Source of the DNA: Candidatus Eiseniibacteriota bacterium
Lineage (GTDB): Bacteria > Eisenbacteria > RBG-16-71-46 > CAZEPH01
Direction: 5' to 3'
Length of the DNA: 36,175 nucleotides
Assembly: GCA_044229145.1 (NCBI GenBank)
Contig: JBGATO010000037.1
Coordinates: forward strand, 1-36,175
Made by a program: the position numbers and the translations under genes. Shown piece by piece: positions 27,842 to 36,175 of the stretch (within the stretch, counting starts at the first letter, position 1; every line of letters begins with the position of its first letter). A model generated the notes under the pieces. That model did not search any database and was not told the origin of the DNA. It saw nothing but the letters and a program-made list of their open reading frames with translations.

Positions 27842-30315
27842 GCCGCGCGCTTCCTCCGCATCAGGCCCCAGCCGAGCGGCCCGAGCAAGAGCGCGAGCGA
27901 AATCAGCCCGCCCGCCGTGCTCAGCGCCTTGCCCTTGCGGTACGACGAGGCGTTGAACTCCATCCGCACCGTGTGCTCGCCGGCGGGCAGGTAGAGCCCG
28001 CGCAGCATGTAGTTGGTCTGCAGCAGCTCGGCGGGCTTGCCGTCCACCGTCGCCGTCCAGTCGGGATACCAGGCCTCGCTGATCGCCAGGAATCCGCCCT
28101 GTGGTGCGGAGGTCTTCATCTCGATGTCGTTGAGGTTGTACTGCGTGATCTGCGCATCGCCCGGGCCGAGTGTCGCGGGACGCGTCGACGCCTTCGGGTC
28201 GATGACGATGGCGCTGGCGCGCGGATTCCACGTCGAGTCCATCACCGCCGCGAGCGCCAGGCTGTCGTTCGCCACCACCTGCACCGCCGGGACGAACCAG
28301 GCGCGCGGCAACGACAGCGCGTTCTTGTACACCTTGCGCGAGCCGTCGTGCACCAGGGTCAGGAACGGATACGGCGGCAGCTGCTGCGGGGAGACCAGAT
28401 ACTCGACGTTGAGCATCGCCAGCACGTTGAGATTCCCGAAGCCGTTGCTCGCGGTGTAGAGCTTGTCGTAGAGCAGCGGCTTGGCGGCGTGGTAGCCGCC
28501 GATCGACGCGATGCGGTAGCCGCTGTATTTGTTATCGCCGAAGTCGCGGCCGTCCATCGGGAAGATGCGGAACTGGCCGGGTTGCTTGGTGAGGAACTCG
28601 ATGACGTCGTCGCTGGCGATGGACGCCGAGCGGTCCCCACGGTGCCCCACCACCGGCGCGATGAGCTTCTTGTCGACCACCCACAAATCCGCGCACACCG
28701 CCACCACGAGGATCACCATCCAGGCGAGGCGCGGCAGCTTGCGCAGCGCGTAGAAGCCGCTGGCGAGCAGCATCGCCACCGCGAGCACGGTGACGCGCGG
28801 CAGGTCGCCGCCGACCAAGTCCCACGCCATGCGCGCCGCCGGTTCGGTTTGGCCCGGCGGCAGACCGCGCGCCGCGAGCGCCTTCGCCGCCGCACCGACG
28901 TAACCGCCCTCGAACGCGCCGCGCAGCACCAGGAAGCCGAAGCCGAGCACGCCGACCACCGCGCCGGCGCCGACCAACAGGCGGCCGAGGCGCCGGCGTT
29001 CGCCCTCGTCCTCGGTCTCGTGCGCCTCGGCGGCGCGGCTCAGCATGAACGCCGCGAGCGCCGCCACCGCCACCTGCAGCAAGATCAAGATCATCACCGG
29101 CACGCGGAACTTGTTGAAGTACGGCAAGTGCGCGTAGGCAAAGTTGTAGAGCGCCGAGTGCTTGCCGAGCGCGAACAACAGCGACAGCACGCCCGTCACG
29201 CCGAAGAACACGCGGTAGCGCCGCGCGAACACCAGCCCGAGCAGCGCCAGCACGAACACGCCGAGCCCCATGTAGTTGGGGTAGTCGGTGAACGGCATGG
29301 TGCCCCAGTACGTCGCGCCGCCGAAGCCGAGGGCGCTCGGCACCAGGAACGTCCAGATCTCCTTCGGCAACATCGACCAGCCGGTGGCCGACGAGTACGA
29401 CATGCCACCACCCGGGCCCGCGGCGCGGATCGAGTGCGCGGCGTAGTCCTGCACCGGCAGCGCGAGCACCGCGCCCATCATGCCGGCGAGCCCGATCGCC
29501 ACCACCAGTCCGCCGAGCGCCAGGCCGACGCGCTTGCCGTCCTTCGTCGTCAGGAGCGTGGTGATCGAGTGCACCAGCGCGTAGAGCCCGACCAGGAGCA
29601 GCGTGTAGTAGAAGATCTGGATGTGGGCGCGCATGAACGACAGCCCGAGAGCCAGCGCGAGCCCACCGACCGCGCCGACGCGCGGCTTGCGGAACAACTC
29701 CGCGGTGCCGAGCAAGGCGAACGGAATGAACGCGTCGTCCACCATCTGCGAACCGTGCCCGAACGCGCCCACCGCGATCGCGTTCGGCGTGAACACGAGC
29801 GCCAGCGCGCCCACCAACGCGGCCTCCGGCGCCACCGCTTCCTTGAGCAGGAACCAGAAGAAGCCGAGCCCCATGAGCAGGTAGTAGAACACCAGCCACG
29901 CATCGTTGGGCAGATGCAGCAGGTTGGTCACCGCGCCGAGGATCAGGTCGGGCGTGAACACGTTCGGGTTGTAGAGCAGCGAGCCGAACGACGGCATGCC
30001 GCAGAACATGTACGGATTCCACTGCGGATACACGCCGCGCGCCAACTCCTCACCGCCGACCTTGGCGAACCCGGCCGGCGCGCTGGCGTCGCTCGAGTTG
30101 AACTCGAGGCCGCCGAACAGATGGCCGGCGAAGAACACCGTGACCGCCAGCACCAGGAGCACGAGGGCGATGCGAGTGCGCAGTTCGCGCGACATGCCGG
30201 CGGACGCGGCTTCCCCGCCGCCATGTCGGCGGGCGGCGCGGCGGGCGCGGGCGGTGTCCGCGGCGCGGGCGGTCTTGCCCGGCGCGTGGGAGGTGTCGGA
30301 CTTCTTGTCGGTCAC
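27838..30315 (-). CDS. YfhO-family multi-pass membrane protein (GT-C-type glycosyltransferase)
   Basis: PQWNPYMFCGMP, many TMs, YMGLGV, FNKFRVP, LPRAWF and SEAWYPDWTATVDG..NYMLRGLYLPAGEH; C-terminal TM. Confidence 0.88.
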   Translation of the reverse strand: MTDKKSDTSHAPGKTARAADTARARRAARRHGGGEAASAGMSRELRTRIALVLLVLAVTVFFAGHLFGGLEFNSSDASAPAGFAKVGGEELARGVYPQWNPYMFCGMPSFGSLLYNPNVFTPDLILGAVTNLLHLPNDAWLVFYYLLMGLGFFWFLLKEAVAPEAALVGALALVFTPNAIAVGAFGHGSQMVDDAFIPFALLGTAELFRKPRVGAVGGLALALGLSFMRAHIQIFYYTLLLVGLYALVHSITTLLTTKDGKRVGLALGGLVVAIGLAGMMGAVLALPVQDYAAHSIRAAGPGGGMSYSSATGWSMLPKEIWTFLVPSALGFGGATYWGTMPFTDYPNYMGLGVFVLALLGLVFARRYRVFFGVTGVLSLLFALGKHSALYNFAYAHLPYFNKFRVPVMILILLQVAVAALAAFMLSRAAEAHETEDEGERRRLGRLLVGAGAVVGVLGFGFLVLRGAFEGGYVGAAAKALAARGLPPGQTEPAARMAWDLVGGDLPRVTVLAVAMLLASGFYALRKLPRLAWMVILVVAVCADLWVVDKKLIAPVVGHRGDRSASIASDDVIEFLTKQPGQFRIFPMDGRDFGDNKYSGYRIASIGGYHAAKPLLYDKLYTASNGFGNLNVLAMLNVEYLVSPQQLPPYPFLTLVHDGSRKVYKNALSLPRAWFVPAVQVVANDSLALAAVMDSTWNPRASAIVIDPKASTRPATLGPGDAQITQYNLNDIEMKTSAPQGGFLAISEAWYPDWTATVDGKPAELLQTNYMLRGLYLPAGEHTVRMEFNASSYRKGKALSTAGGLISLALLLGPLGWGLMRRKRAA

Positions 30316-30349
30316 CAGTCTCTCCGTTTCCGGTTGGGCGCGGGGCGGC

Positions 30350-31486
30350 TTACCAGCCGGCGCGCGCCGCGATCAGCGCGGCGTACTGCTCTGCCTTGGC
30401 AGCCCACGAGTGGTCGCGGGCCAGCGCGCGCAGCTCGGCCGGATCGCGCGGCGCCGCAAGCGCCCGCGTGGTCGCGGCGACGAAGCTCTCCGCGTCCGTG
30501 GCCAGGAACAGCGCGTCGCCGACGGCGCGCATGTCGTCGCTGTAGTCCAGCGACACGACGCTCCGGCCGGCGGCAAAGTATTCGTACAGCTTGTTCGGAT
30601 TCAGCACGTCCGTGAGCGGCCCGCGCACGAACGGAATCAGGCAGACGTCGATGGCCTGGGCATGCGCCGCGACCGCGGTGTGCGGCACCTCGCCGACGTA
30701 GGTCACGTTGGCGCAGCGCGCGCGCAGCGCCTCGAGCCGGTCCGTCACCGTCTTCTGCGCCGGCCCGACCAGCACCACCGGGGTGTCCGGATGCGCCCGC
30801 GCCACCTGTTCGACCAGGTCGAAGTCGAACCACGGGGCGATCGCCCCGATGTAGCCGATGCGCGGATGCGGCAGATGCCGCAGCGATTCCGGCTCCGGCT
30901 GCGGCTCGGCGAACTGGGCCACGTTGGCGCCGTTGCCGATCACCGTAACCTCGCGCGCCCCGTGCCCCTGGGCCCGGCGCGCAAGGCCGGTGGAGCATGC
31001 CACTACCAGGTCGGTTTCGGCCAGCGTTCGCCGCGCGTAGGGAGTGATCCAGGGCGCCCCGGCGTGGAATCCCAGGGGGTCGTCGTTCATGTCGTACACC
31101 GCCAGGCGCCGCCCGACTCCCGCGACCTGCGGCCAGGCCAGGACGTTCGAGACGACGAGCGCCCGTTCGGCCGCCCGGCCGGGACCGAGCTGGGCCAAGG
31201 CGGCGCGGGTCCACGCCCACGCCGCAGCCTCGGCGGCGGCACGGCCGAGCGGCGTGGCAAGCAACGCCTCGTAGCCCTTGCTCGTCGTCCCTGCCTTGAG
31301 GAACGGCACCGTGACGTATCGCACGTCGCCGTCCCGCTCGACCGTGAAGCGGTTGGGGCGCCCGAACGCGATCGGCTCGAGGAACAGGATGCGCCAGCCC
31401 GCCGGCCACGCCGCCAGCAGGTACTGCTTGCGGGTGCGCATGTAGCGCCACTTGACCTCGGAGACGACGATCAGCGTCGGCGTCAT
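30350..31486 (-). CDS. Glycosyltransferase, GT4/TuaH-like
   Basis: RTRKQYL, VYDMNDD, IGYIGAI..WFD and NPNKLYEYFAAG motifs. ATG 31486 overlaps the asnB stop. Confidence 0.88.
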   Translation of the reverse strand: MTPTLIVVSEVKWRYMRTRKQYLLAAWPAGWRILFLEPIAFGRPNRFTVERDGDVRYVTVPFLKAGTTSKGYEALLATPLGRAAAEAAAWAWTRAALAQLGPGRAAERALVVSNVLAWPQVAGVGRRLAVYDMNDDPLGFHAGAPWITPYARRTLAETDLVVACSTGLARRAQGHGAREVTVIGNGANVAQFAEPQPEPESLRHLPHPRIGYIGAIAPWFDFDLVEQVARAHPDTPVVLVGPAQKTVTDRLEALRARCANVTYVGEVPHTAVAAHAQAIDVCLIPFVRGPLTDVLNPNKLYEYFAAGRSVVSLDYSDDMRAVGDALFLATDAESFVAATTRALAAPRDPAELRALARDHSWAAKAEQYAALIAARAGW

Positions 31487-33510
31487 GCGGTGCCCGCCGC
31501 CCACGGCGCGCCGTCGCCGTCGAGGAACGTCCGGCACCACATTTCGAGCATGACCCAGCGCCACACCTGGTGCGGCATCGGCCGGCCGGCGAAGAATTGG
31601 TCGAGCCGCTGGCGCAGCGCGGCGTCGTCGAACAGACCGCGGTCGCGGGTGCGGGGCGCGAGCAGGACCGCTTCGACCTCGCCGCGGAAGCGCCGGCGGA
31701 ACCAGAGGTCGACCGGCGTGTCGTAGCCGACCTTGTCGCGCCGCGCCAAGATTTCGGCAGGCACGACGTCGCGCAGAGCGTCGCGTAGCACCGCCTTGGT
31801 CTCGCCGTGCCGCAGCTTGGCCTCCGCCGGCAGCGAGAACGCGAATTCGACCAGCCGGTAGTCGAGGAACGGCAGCCGCGCCTCGATCGAATGCGCCATC
31901 GAGTTGCGATCCTCGTAGCGCAAGAGCGACGGCAGGAAGTGCGTGATGTCGGCGAACTGCTGCTGCGTCAGCCGGTCGGCGAAGCGCGCCGGCGGCGGCG
32001 CCACTGCCTCTTCACTCGCCGCGCGCAAGGCCGGCCCCATCACCACGTCACGCGCCGCGCCGAAGCGGCGGCTCGCCCACCCGAACACGCCGCGCGGAAT
32101 CACGTCCTGCGCCGCACGGCCGAGCGCGTGGAGCGGGTCGATGTGGTGGATCGTCGACACTTCGCGCAGCAGGCGCGCCCACTCGACGACGCGCCCGGAG
32201 GCGAGCAGATCGTTGAGGTAGAAGAACAGATAGGTCGTGTAGCCGGCGAGCAGTTCGTCGCCGCCTTGGCCGTCGAGCAGGACGGTGACGCCGCCGCGCC
32301 GCGCCGCTTGCATGACGCGCCACTGCGAATAGAGCCCGACACCACCGCCCGGCTCCTCTTGGTGGCGCACCAGCGAGGGCAACACCTCGAACAAGTCGCT
32401 GCCGTCCGGCACGTCGATGTGCTCGGCGAGTCCGAAGCGTTCGCCCATGATCTTCATGTAGCGGCGCTCGTCGTAGATGCCGCCCTCGTCGTAGGCCACC
32501 GAGAAGCTGTGCATGGCGTGCGGCAACGCCGGTGCCGCGCACGCGACGACGCTCGACGAATCGAGCCCGCCGGACAACGACGAGCCCACCGCGACATCGC
32601 TGCGCAACCGCAACCGCACGCTGTCGGTGAACAGTTCGCGGAAGCGCGCCGCGGCGTCGGCTGCGGTGAAGGCACGAGCCGGCGCATTCGGGATGTCCCA
32701 ATAACGCGCGATGCGCAGGCTGTCGCGTTCCACCGTCATCACGTGCGCCGGCTCGAGGCGATGGATGCCGTCGAAGAACGTACGGTCGCCCGCGTCGATG
32801 ATGACCTTTTCGAGGTAGAGGCGCAGCGTCGGCCACCACGGCTTCGGCGCCAGACCGGCGGCCGCGCGCAGCGCCAACAACGGCGAAATCTCCGAACTCA
32901 CGGCGAACGCACCGCCGAACTCGGTCCAGTACATCGGCTTCACGCCGAGACGGTCGCGCGCGATCAGCATGCGCTGGCGGTGCGCGTCCCACAGCACCAT
33001 CCCCCACATGCCGTTCAAGTGCTGCAAGACATCGTCGCCCCACGCTTCGTAGCCGCGCAGCAGCACTTCGGTGTCGCCGGTGGAGCGGAAGGTGTAGCCG
33101 TGCGAGGCGCGCAGCTCCTCGCGCAACTCGGTGTAGTTGTAGACCTCGCCGTTGAAGATGAGCCACGTGGTGCCGTCAGGGCTCACCATCGGTTGGTGGC
33201 CCGCCGGCGAGAGGTCGAGGATGGCGAGCCGCCGCCACGCGAGCGCGAGGTCCGCGGGACTGCCACCGGCGGCGCTGCCGATCTCGGCGCGCAGGATGTC
33301 GGCTTCCGGCTGATACGGGCCCGGCGTCGTGCGCACGGCCTCCGGGCGGCCGGGGCCCCAGTAGCGCCGGGCAACCCCGCGCCGCGTGTCCCACAGCGCG
33401 AAGCCCTCGTCATCCGGACCGCGATGGCGCATCAACGTGGTGGCGCGCGCCAGCAACGCCGGGTCGATCGCCCCGCCGTCGCGCCGCCACATCGCGAGAA
33501 TGCCGCACAT
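31483..33510 (-). CDS. asnB: Asparagine synthase (glutamine-hydrolysing)-family amidotransferase, probably glycan-amidating
   Basis: MCGI Ntn Cys, HRGPD, FNGEVYN, RDRLGVKP, LSGGLDSS, DGQGGDE and DRNSMAHSIEARLPFLD motifs; GGAGG RBS. Confidence 0.93.
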   Translation of the reverse strand: MCGILAMWRRDGGAIDPALLARATTLMRHRGPDDEGFALWDTRRGVARRYWGPGRPEAVRTTPGPYQPEADILRAEIGSAAGGSPADLALAWRRLAILDLSPAGHQPMVSPDGTTWLIFNGEVYNYTELREELRASHGYTFRSTGDTEVLLRGYEAWGDDVLQHLNGMWGMVLWDAHRQRMLIARDRLGVKPMYWTEFGGAFAVSSEISPLLALRAAAGLAPKPWWPTLRLYLEKVIIDAGDRTFFDGIHRLEPAHVMTVERDSLRIARYWDIPNAPARAFTAADAAARFRELFTDSVRLRLRSDVAVGSSLSGGLDSSSVVACAAPALPHAMHSFSVAYDEGGIYDERRYMKIMGERFGLAEHIDVPDGSDLFEVLPSLVRHQEEPGGGVGLYSQWRVMQAARRGGVTVLLDGQGGDELLAGYTTYLFFYLNDLLASGRVVEWARLLREVSTIHHIDPLHALGRAAQDVIPRGVFGWASRRFGAARDVVMGPALRAASEEAVAPPPARFADRLTQQQFADITHFLPSLLRYEDRNSMAHSIEARLPFLDYRLVEFAFSLPAEAKLRHGETKAVLRDALRDVVPAEILARRDKVGYDTPVDLWFRRRFRGEVEAVLLAPRTRDRGLFDDAALRQRLDQFFAGRPMPHQVWRWVMLEMWCRTFLDGDGAPWAAGTA

Positions 33511-33525
33511 CGTCCCGGTGTCCTC

Positions 33526-34998
33526 CTAGGTGGCCGCGCGCGCGCGGAGCCGATCCACCGCCCGCAGCGCCTCGCGGACGTCGTTCGTCTTGGTCAGACG
33601 CGCCGCGAATCCGGCCGCCACCAGCACCACGAGCAGCGCGCACTTGAGCGCCACCTGGGCGATCGCATTCCACCCGGCGAGCGGCCGGATCGCGACACAC
33701 GCGACGCCGCACGCGACCAGGAACGCCGCCACGCTGCCCCAGCGGATGGGCAACGGATACACCCGCCGCGCCATGACCGACACCGTCGCGACCGAGATGA
33801 CGTAGCCCACCAGCGTACCCCAGGCCACGCCCGCGGAACCGTAGTCGCCCACCAGATGCCACGACAAGGCGATGGCGACCGCCGCACCGAGAAGCGCCGT
33901 CCATCCCAAGTGCGCCGTCTTGCCGGCCATGTTCACCGCCATCGCGGCGACGAAATAGCCTCCGTAGACGGCGTTGCCGAACGCGAGGAGCGGCACCACC
34001 GATTGTGCGCCCCAATAACTCCGCGGCACCGCGATCCGCAGGATCTCCGGCGCGAACAACGACAACGCGGTGGCGAGCAGGCCGGCCCCCAAGAAGTAGA
34101 GATGCGTGACGCGCGCCATCGTCGAACGCGCATCCTCGTGTCCTGCCATGGCGTAGCAGAAGGGTCCCCACGCCAACTGGAACGCCGACACCGCGAACAC
34201 CACGACGCCGGCCAGCTTTGCCGCCAGGCTATAGACGCCGACGACCTCCAGCCCCGCCGCGTGCTCGAGGATGTAGCGATCCGCGGAGGCGACCAGCGCG
34301 TACGACAGCGTCGTCGCCACCAACGGAAGTCCGAAGCGCACCGCGGCCGTCAGCACTTGCGAGGAGAGACGCGCCCGCAATTCCGCGCGGACCACCCACA
34401 CGCCCGCCAGCACCGTGCACCCGTCCGCGGCGATGCGGGCCAGGAACACGCCGCGCGGTCCGAAGTGACGCACACCGATCAGATACGCCGTGCAGCCCAG
34501 CGTGGTGAGCATGTTGGACGCGGTGAGCAGGCCGTACGCGGAGGGGCGGAAGGTCACGCGCAGGACATCTTGGATCGCCGCGACACCGGCGGCGCCCGGC
34601 AAGGTCAGCGCCGCCAGCCGCAGAAGATCGACACCCCCGGCATCGAGCCGCAGCAGGTGCCCAGCCGCCGGCGCCGCGAACCACATGCAGGCGGCCCCCC
34701 CGAGCGTGAAGCACAAGCGCGCCGTCACCACGGTTACGCTGACGCGTCGGCGCTCCGCCTCCTCGCTGCGATAGTAGAAATACGGGTACGCGCTATCGAG
34801 GCCCAGCAGGGCGAGCGAGTAGGTGAGCGTCACCAGCAGGTTGGAGATCTCGGTGAGTCCGTACTGGGCCGTGCTGAAGGCATGCGTCAACAGCGGCACC
34901 AGGAGCATGTAGATCGACTTGGTCGCGGCTTGTCCGAGCCCGTACACCAAGGAGTCGCCCGCCAGCGAGACGATCTTCGTGCGTACGCGCCGACTCAC
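33526..34998 (-). CDS. Wzx-type (MOP superfamily) oligosaccharide flippase
   Basis: Roughly 12-14 hydrophobic segments; SLVYGLG..LVPLLT..YG and FGLPL..DRYIL..VGVYSLA patterns. Confidence 0.88.
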   Translation of the reverse strand: MSRRVRTKIVSLAGDSLVYGLGQAATKSIYMLLVPLLTHAFSTAQYGLTEISNLLVTLTYSLALLGLDSAYPYFYYRSEEAERRRVSVTVVTARLCFTLGGAACMWFAAPAAGHLLRLDAGGVDLLRLAALTLPGAAGVAAIQDVLRVTFRPSAYGLLTASNMLTTLGCTAYLIGVRHFGPRGVFLARIAADGCTVLAGVWVVRAELRARLSSQVLTAAVRFGLPLVATTLSYALVASADRYILEHAAGLEVVGVYSLAAKLAGVVVFAVSAFQLAWGPFCYAMAGHEDARSTMARVTHLYFLGAGLLATALSLFAPEILRIAVPRSYWGAQSVVPLLAFGNAVYGGYFVAAMAVNMAGKTAHLGWTALLGAAVAIALSWHLVGDYGSAGVAWGTLVGYVISVATVSVMARRVYPLPIRWGSVAAFLVACGVACVAIRPLAGWNAIAQVALKCALLVVLVAAGFAARLTKTNDVREALRAVDRLRARAAT

Positions 34999-36005
34999 CG
35001 GCGGCCCTCCGCGGCGAAGGCCTCCACCACCTCGCGCAGTCCGGCGGCGCGCGCGCCGCGCGAGAAGCGACCCGCGATGCGCGCCGCCGCGGCGGTCGCG
35101 GCCTCGGGCCCCGCGCTCAAGGCACGGCGCGTCGCCGCGATCGCGGCGGGGACGTCACCGTAGGGCACCAGCTCGCCGGCATCGCCCACCACCTCGCGAA
35201 GCGCGGTGTGCACGCTGCCGACCACCACGGCGCCGCACGCCATCGCCTCCGCCGCGGCCAGCCCGAAGCCTTCGTGGGCGCTCATCTGCATGTAGACGCG
35301 CGCGCGTTGGAACAGATCCACCACCTGACTTTGCGGCACGTAGCTGTCGATGAACTCCACGTTCGGGCCGGCGCGATGTCGCAGCTGCGCCAGCGTGTCG
35401 TCCCCCGCGGGCTTCCCGAGCAGAACGAAGCGTGCCTCGGGAATCGCCTCGGCGCAGGCGAGAAACGTGTCGAGGCCCTTCTGCCGCACGAACAAGCGAT
35501 TCACGGCCGACGCCGTCACCACGAGCGGCTCACGCGCGCGGGCCGGCTCGAGGCGAAAACTCTCGAGATCGACGCCCGGATACAGCACACGCATCGGGAC
35601 GCCGCTCGCCCACCGCGCGGTCTCGCGCGCGGCGTGTTCCGAAAACGGCAGCAGGAGCCGTGCGTGCCGCAGCGCGTCGCGAACCAGCACGCGCCAATGC
35701 GGCTTGCGCATCGCCCCGAATTGCACCGCGGGTTCGCAGGCGACGTCGTACCCACCGGTCACGATGGCCAGGGGCACGCGGGAGAAGCGAGCGAGGCGGG
35801 CCAGCATCCATGCATAGGACGGATGGGCGAACCACAGAAGGATGAGCGTCGGCGTGCGGCGGCGGAGGTCGGAATGCACGGCCCGGAGCGTGGCCAGCGC
35901 GGTCGGCTCGGTCACGACGCGGACGTCTCCCCACTCGCGCAGGACGGTGATGTCGTCGCGCATGAACGAGGACGGCGCGTACGGCGTCACCACCAGGAAT
36001 TCCAC
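34995..36005 (-). CDS. Glycosyltransferase, GT4 family
   Basis: SSFMRDD, GGYDV, YPGVD, QKGLD and HEGFGLAAAEAMACG motifs. Start reassigned to GTG 36005 after the AGAGGG RBS. Confidence 0.88.
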   Translation of the reverse strand: MEFLVVTPYAPSSFMRDDITVLREWGDVRVVTEPTALATLRAVHSDLRRRTPTLILLWFAHPSYAWMLARLARFSRVPLAIVTGGYDVACEPAVQFGAMRKPHWRVLVRDALRHARLLLPFSEHAARETARWASGVPMRVLYPGVDLESFRLEPARAREPLVVTASAVNRLFVRQKGLDTFLACAEAIPEARFVLLGKPAGDDTLAQLRHRAGPNVEFIDSYVPQSQVVDLFQRARVYMQMSAHEGFGLAAAEAMACGAVVVGSVHTALREVVGDAGELVPYGDVPAAIAATRRALSAGPEAATAAAARIAGRFSRGARAAGLREVVEAFAAEGRR

Positions 36006-36056
36006 TCGGGTCCCTCTATCGACGAGCGCAGAGCCGCACCGCGCGGCGGGACGTGG

Positions 36057-36065
36057 ACGATAGCA
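36057..36065 (-). promoter_or_regulatory. Possible extended -10 promoter of the glycan operon
   Basis: TGcTATCGT about 50 nt upstream of the GT4 start; the -35 region is poor (CTGGCC at 18-bp spacing). Confidence 0.35.
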
Positions 36066-36175
36066 CGTCGGGCCCGCAGCGGCCAGCCTGGGACGGCCCT
36101 CGCGGGGCCCCACGTCCGAGGGCGGAGCGGCCGTGGCCACTCCGCCCCCGAGGCAGACGTCCCGCCGGTGCTGGA

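Noticed and set aside
31807..35163. 1118-aa plus-strand ORF (and similar long plus-strand ORFs such as 27973-30615, 7462-9363 and 12555-14312)
   Set aside because: They lie antisense to well-supported genes and have no recognisable protein features.

Overview
Very GC-rich bacterial chromosomal window, almost entirely coded on the minus strand. It is probably a diderm of the FCB group, inferred from a FlgD-Ig/T9SS-type C-terminal sorting domain and a PorZ-like protein. There are three blocks. (1) 1-11.9 kb: a canonical dcw cluster (mraZ-rsmH-ftsL-ftsI-murE-murF-mraY-murD-ftsW-murG, murG cut by the window edge) with a visible sigma70 promoter and MraZ-box repeats. (2) 12-18.3 kb: an accessory signalling block. 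It holds a secreted Cys-rich metal-binding-like protein and an operon for a Tat-exported cupredoxin, an outer-membrane beta-barrel, a HAMP histidine kinase and a sigma54-dependent (NtrC-family) response regulator. Upstream is an unannotated ~138-nt highly base-paired RNA element that starts at a consensus sigma54 promoter, ends in a U-tract and has three palindromic GGGAA-N6-TTCCC sites upstream. (3) 18.3-36 kb: a surface-glycan cluster with GT4s (one frameshifted), a Wzx flippase, an AsnB-type amidotransferase, a YfhO-type GT-C protein, a polyprenol-P-sugar synthase, a GT2 fusion, a PorZ-like beta-propeller protein, a CapD/PglF-type dehydratase and a GNAT. The best candidate for an undescribed system is the sigma54-driven small RNA together with its neighbouring cupredoxin/beta-barrel/two-component module, which parallels the glmY-qseEGF architecture. 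All calls come from reading the sequence; no database searches or folding programs were run.
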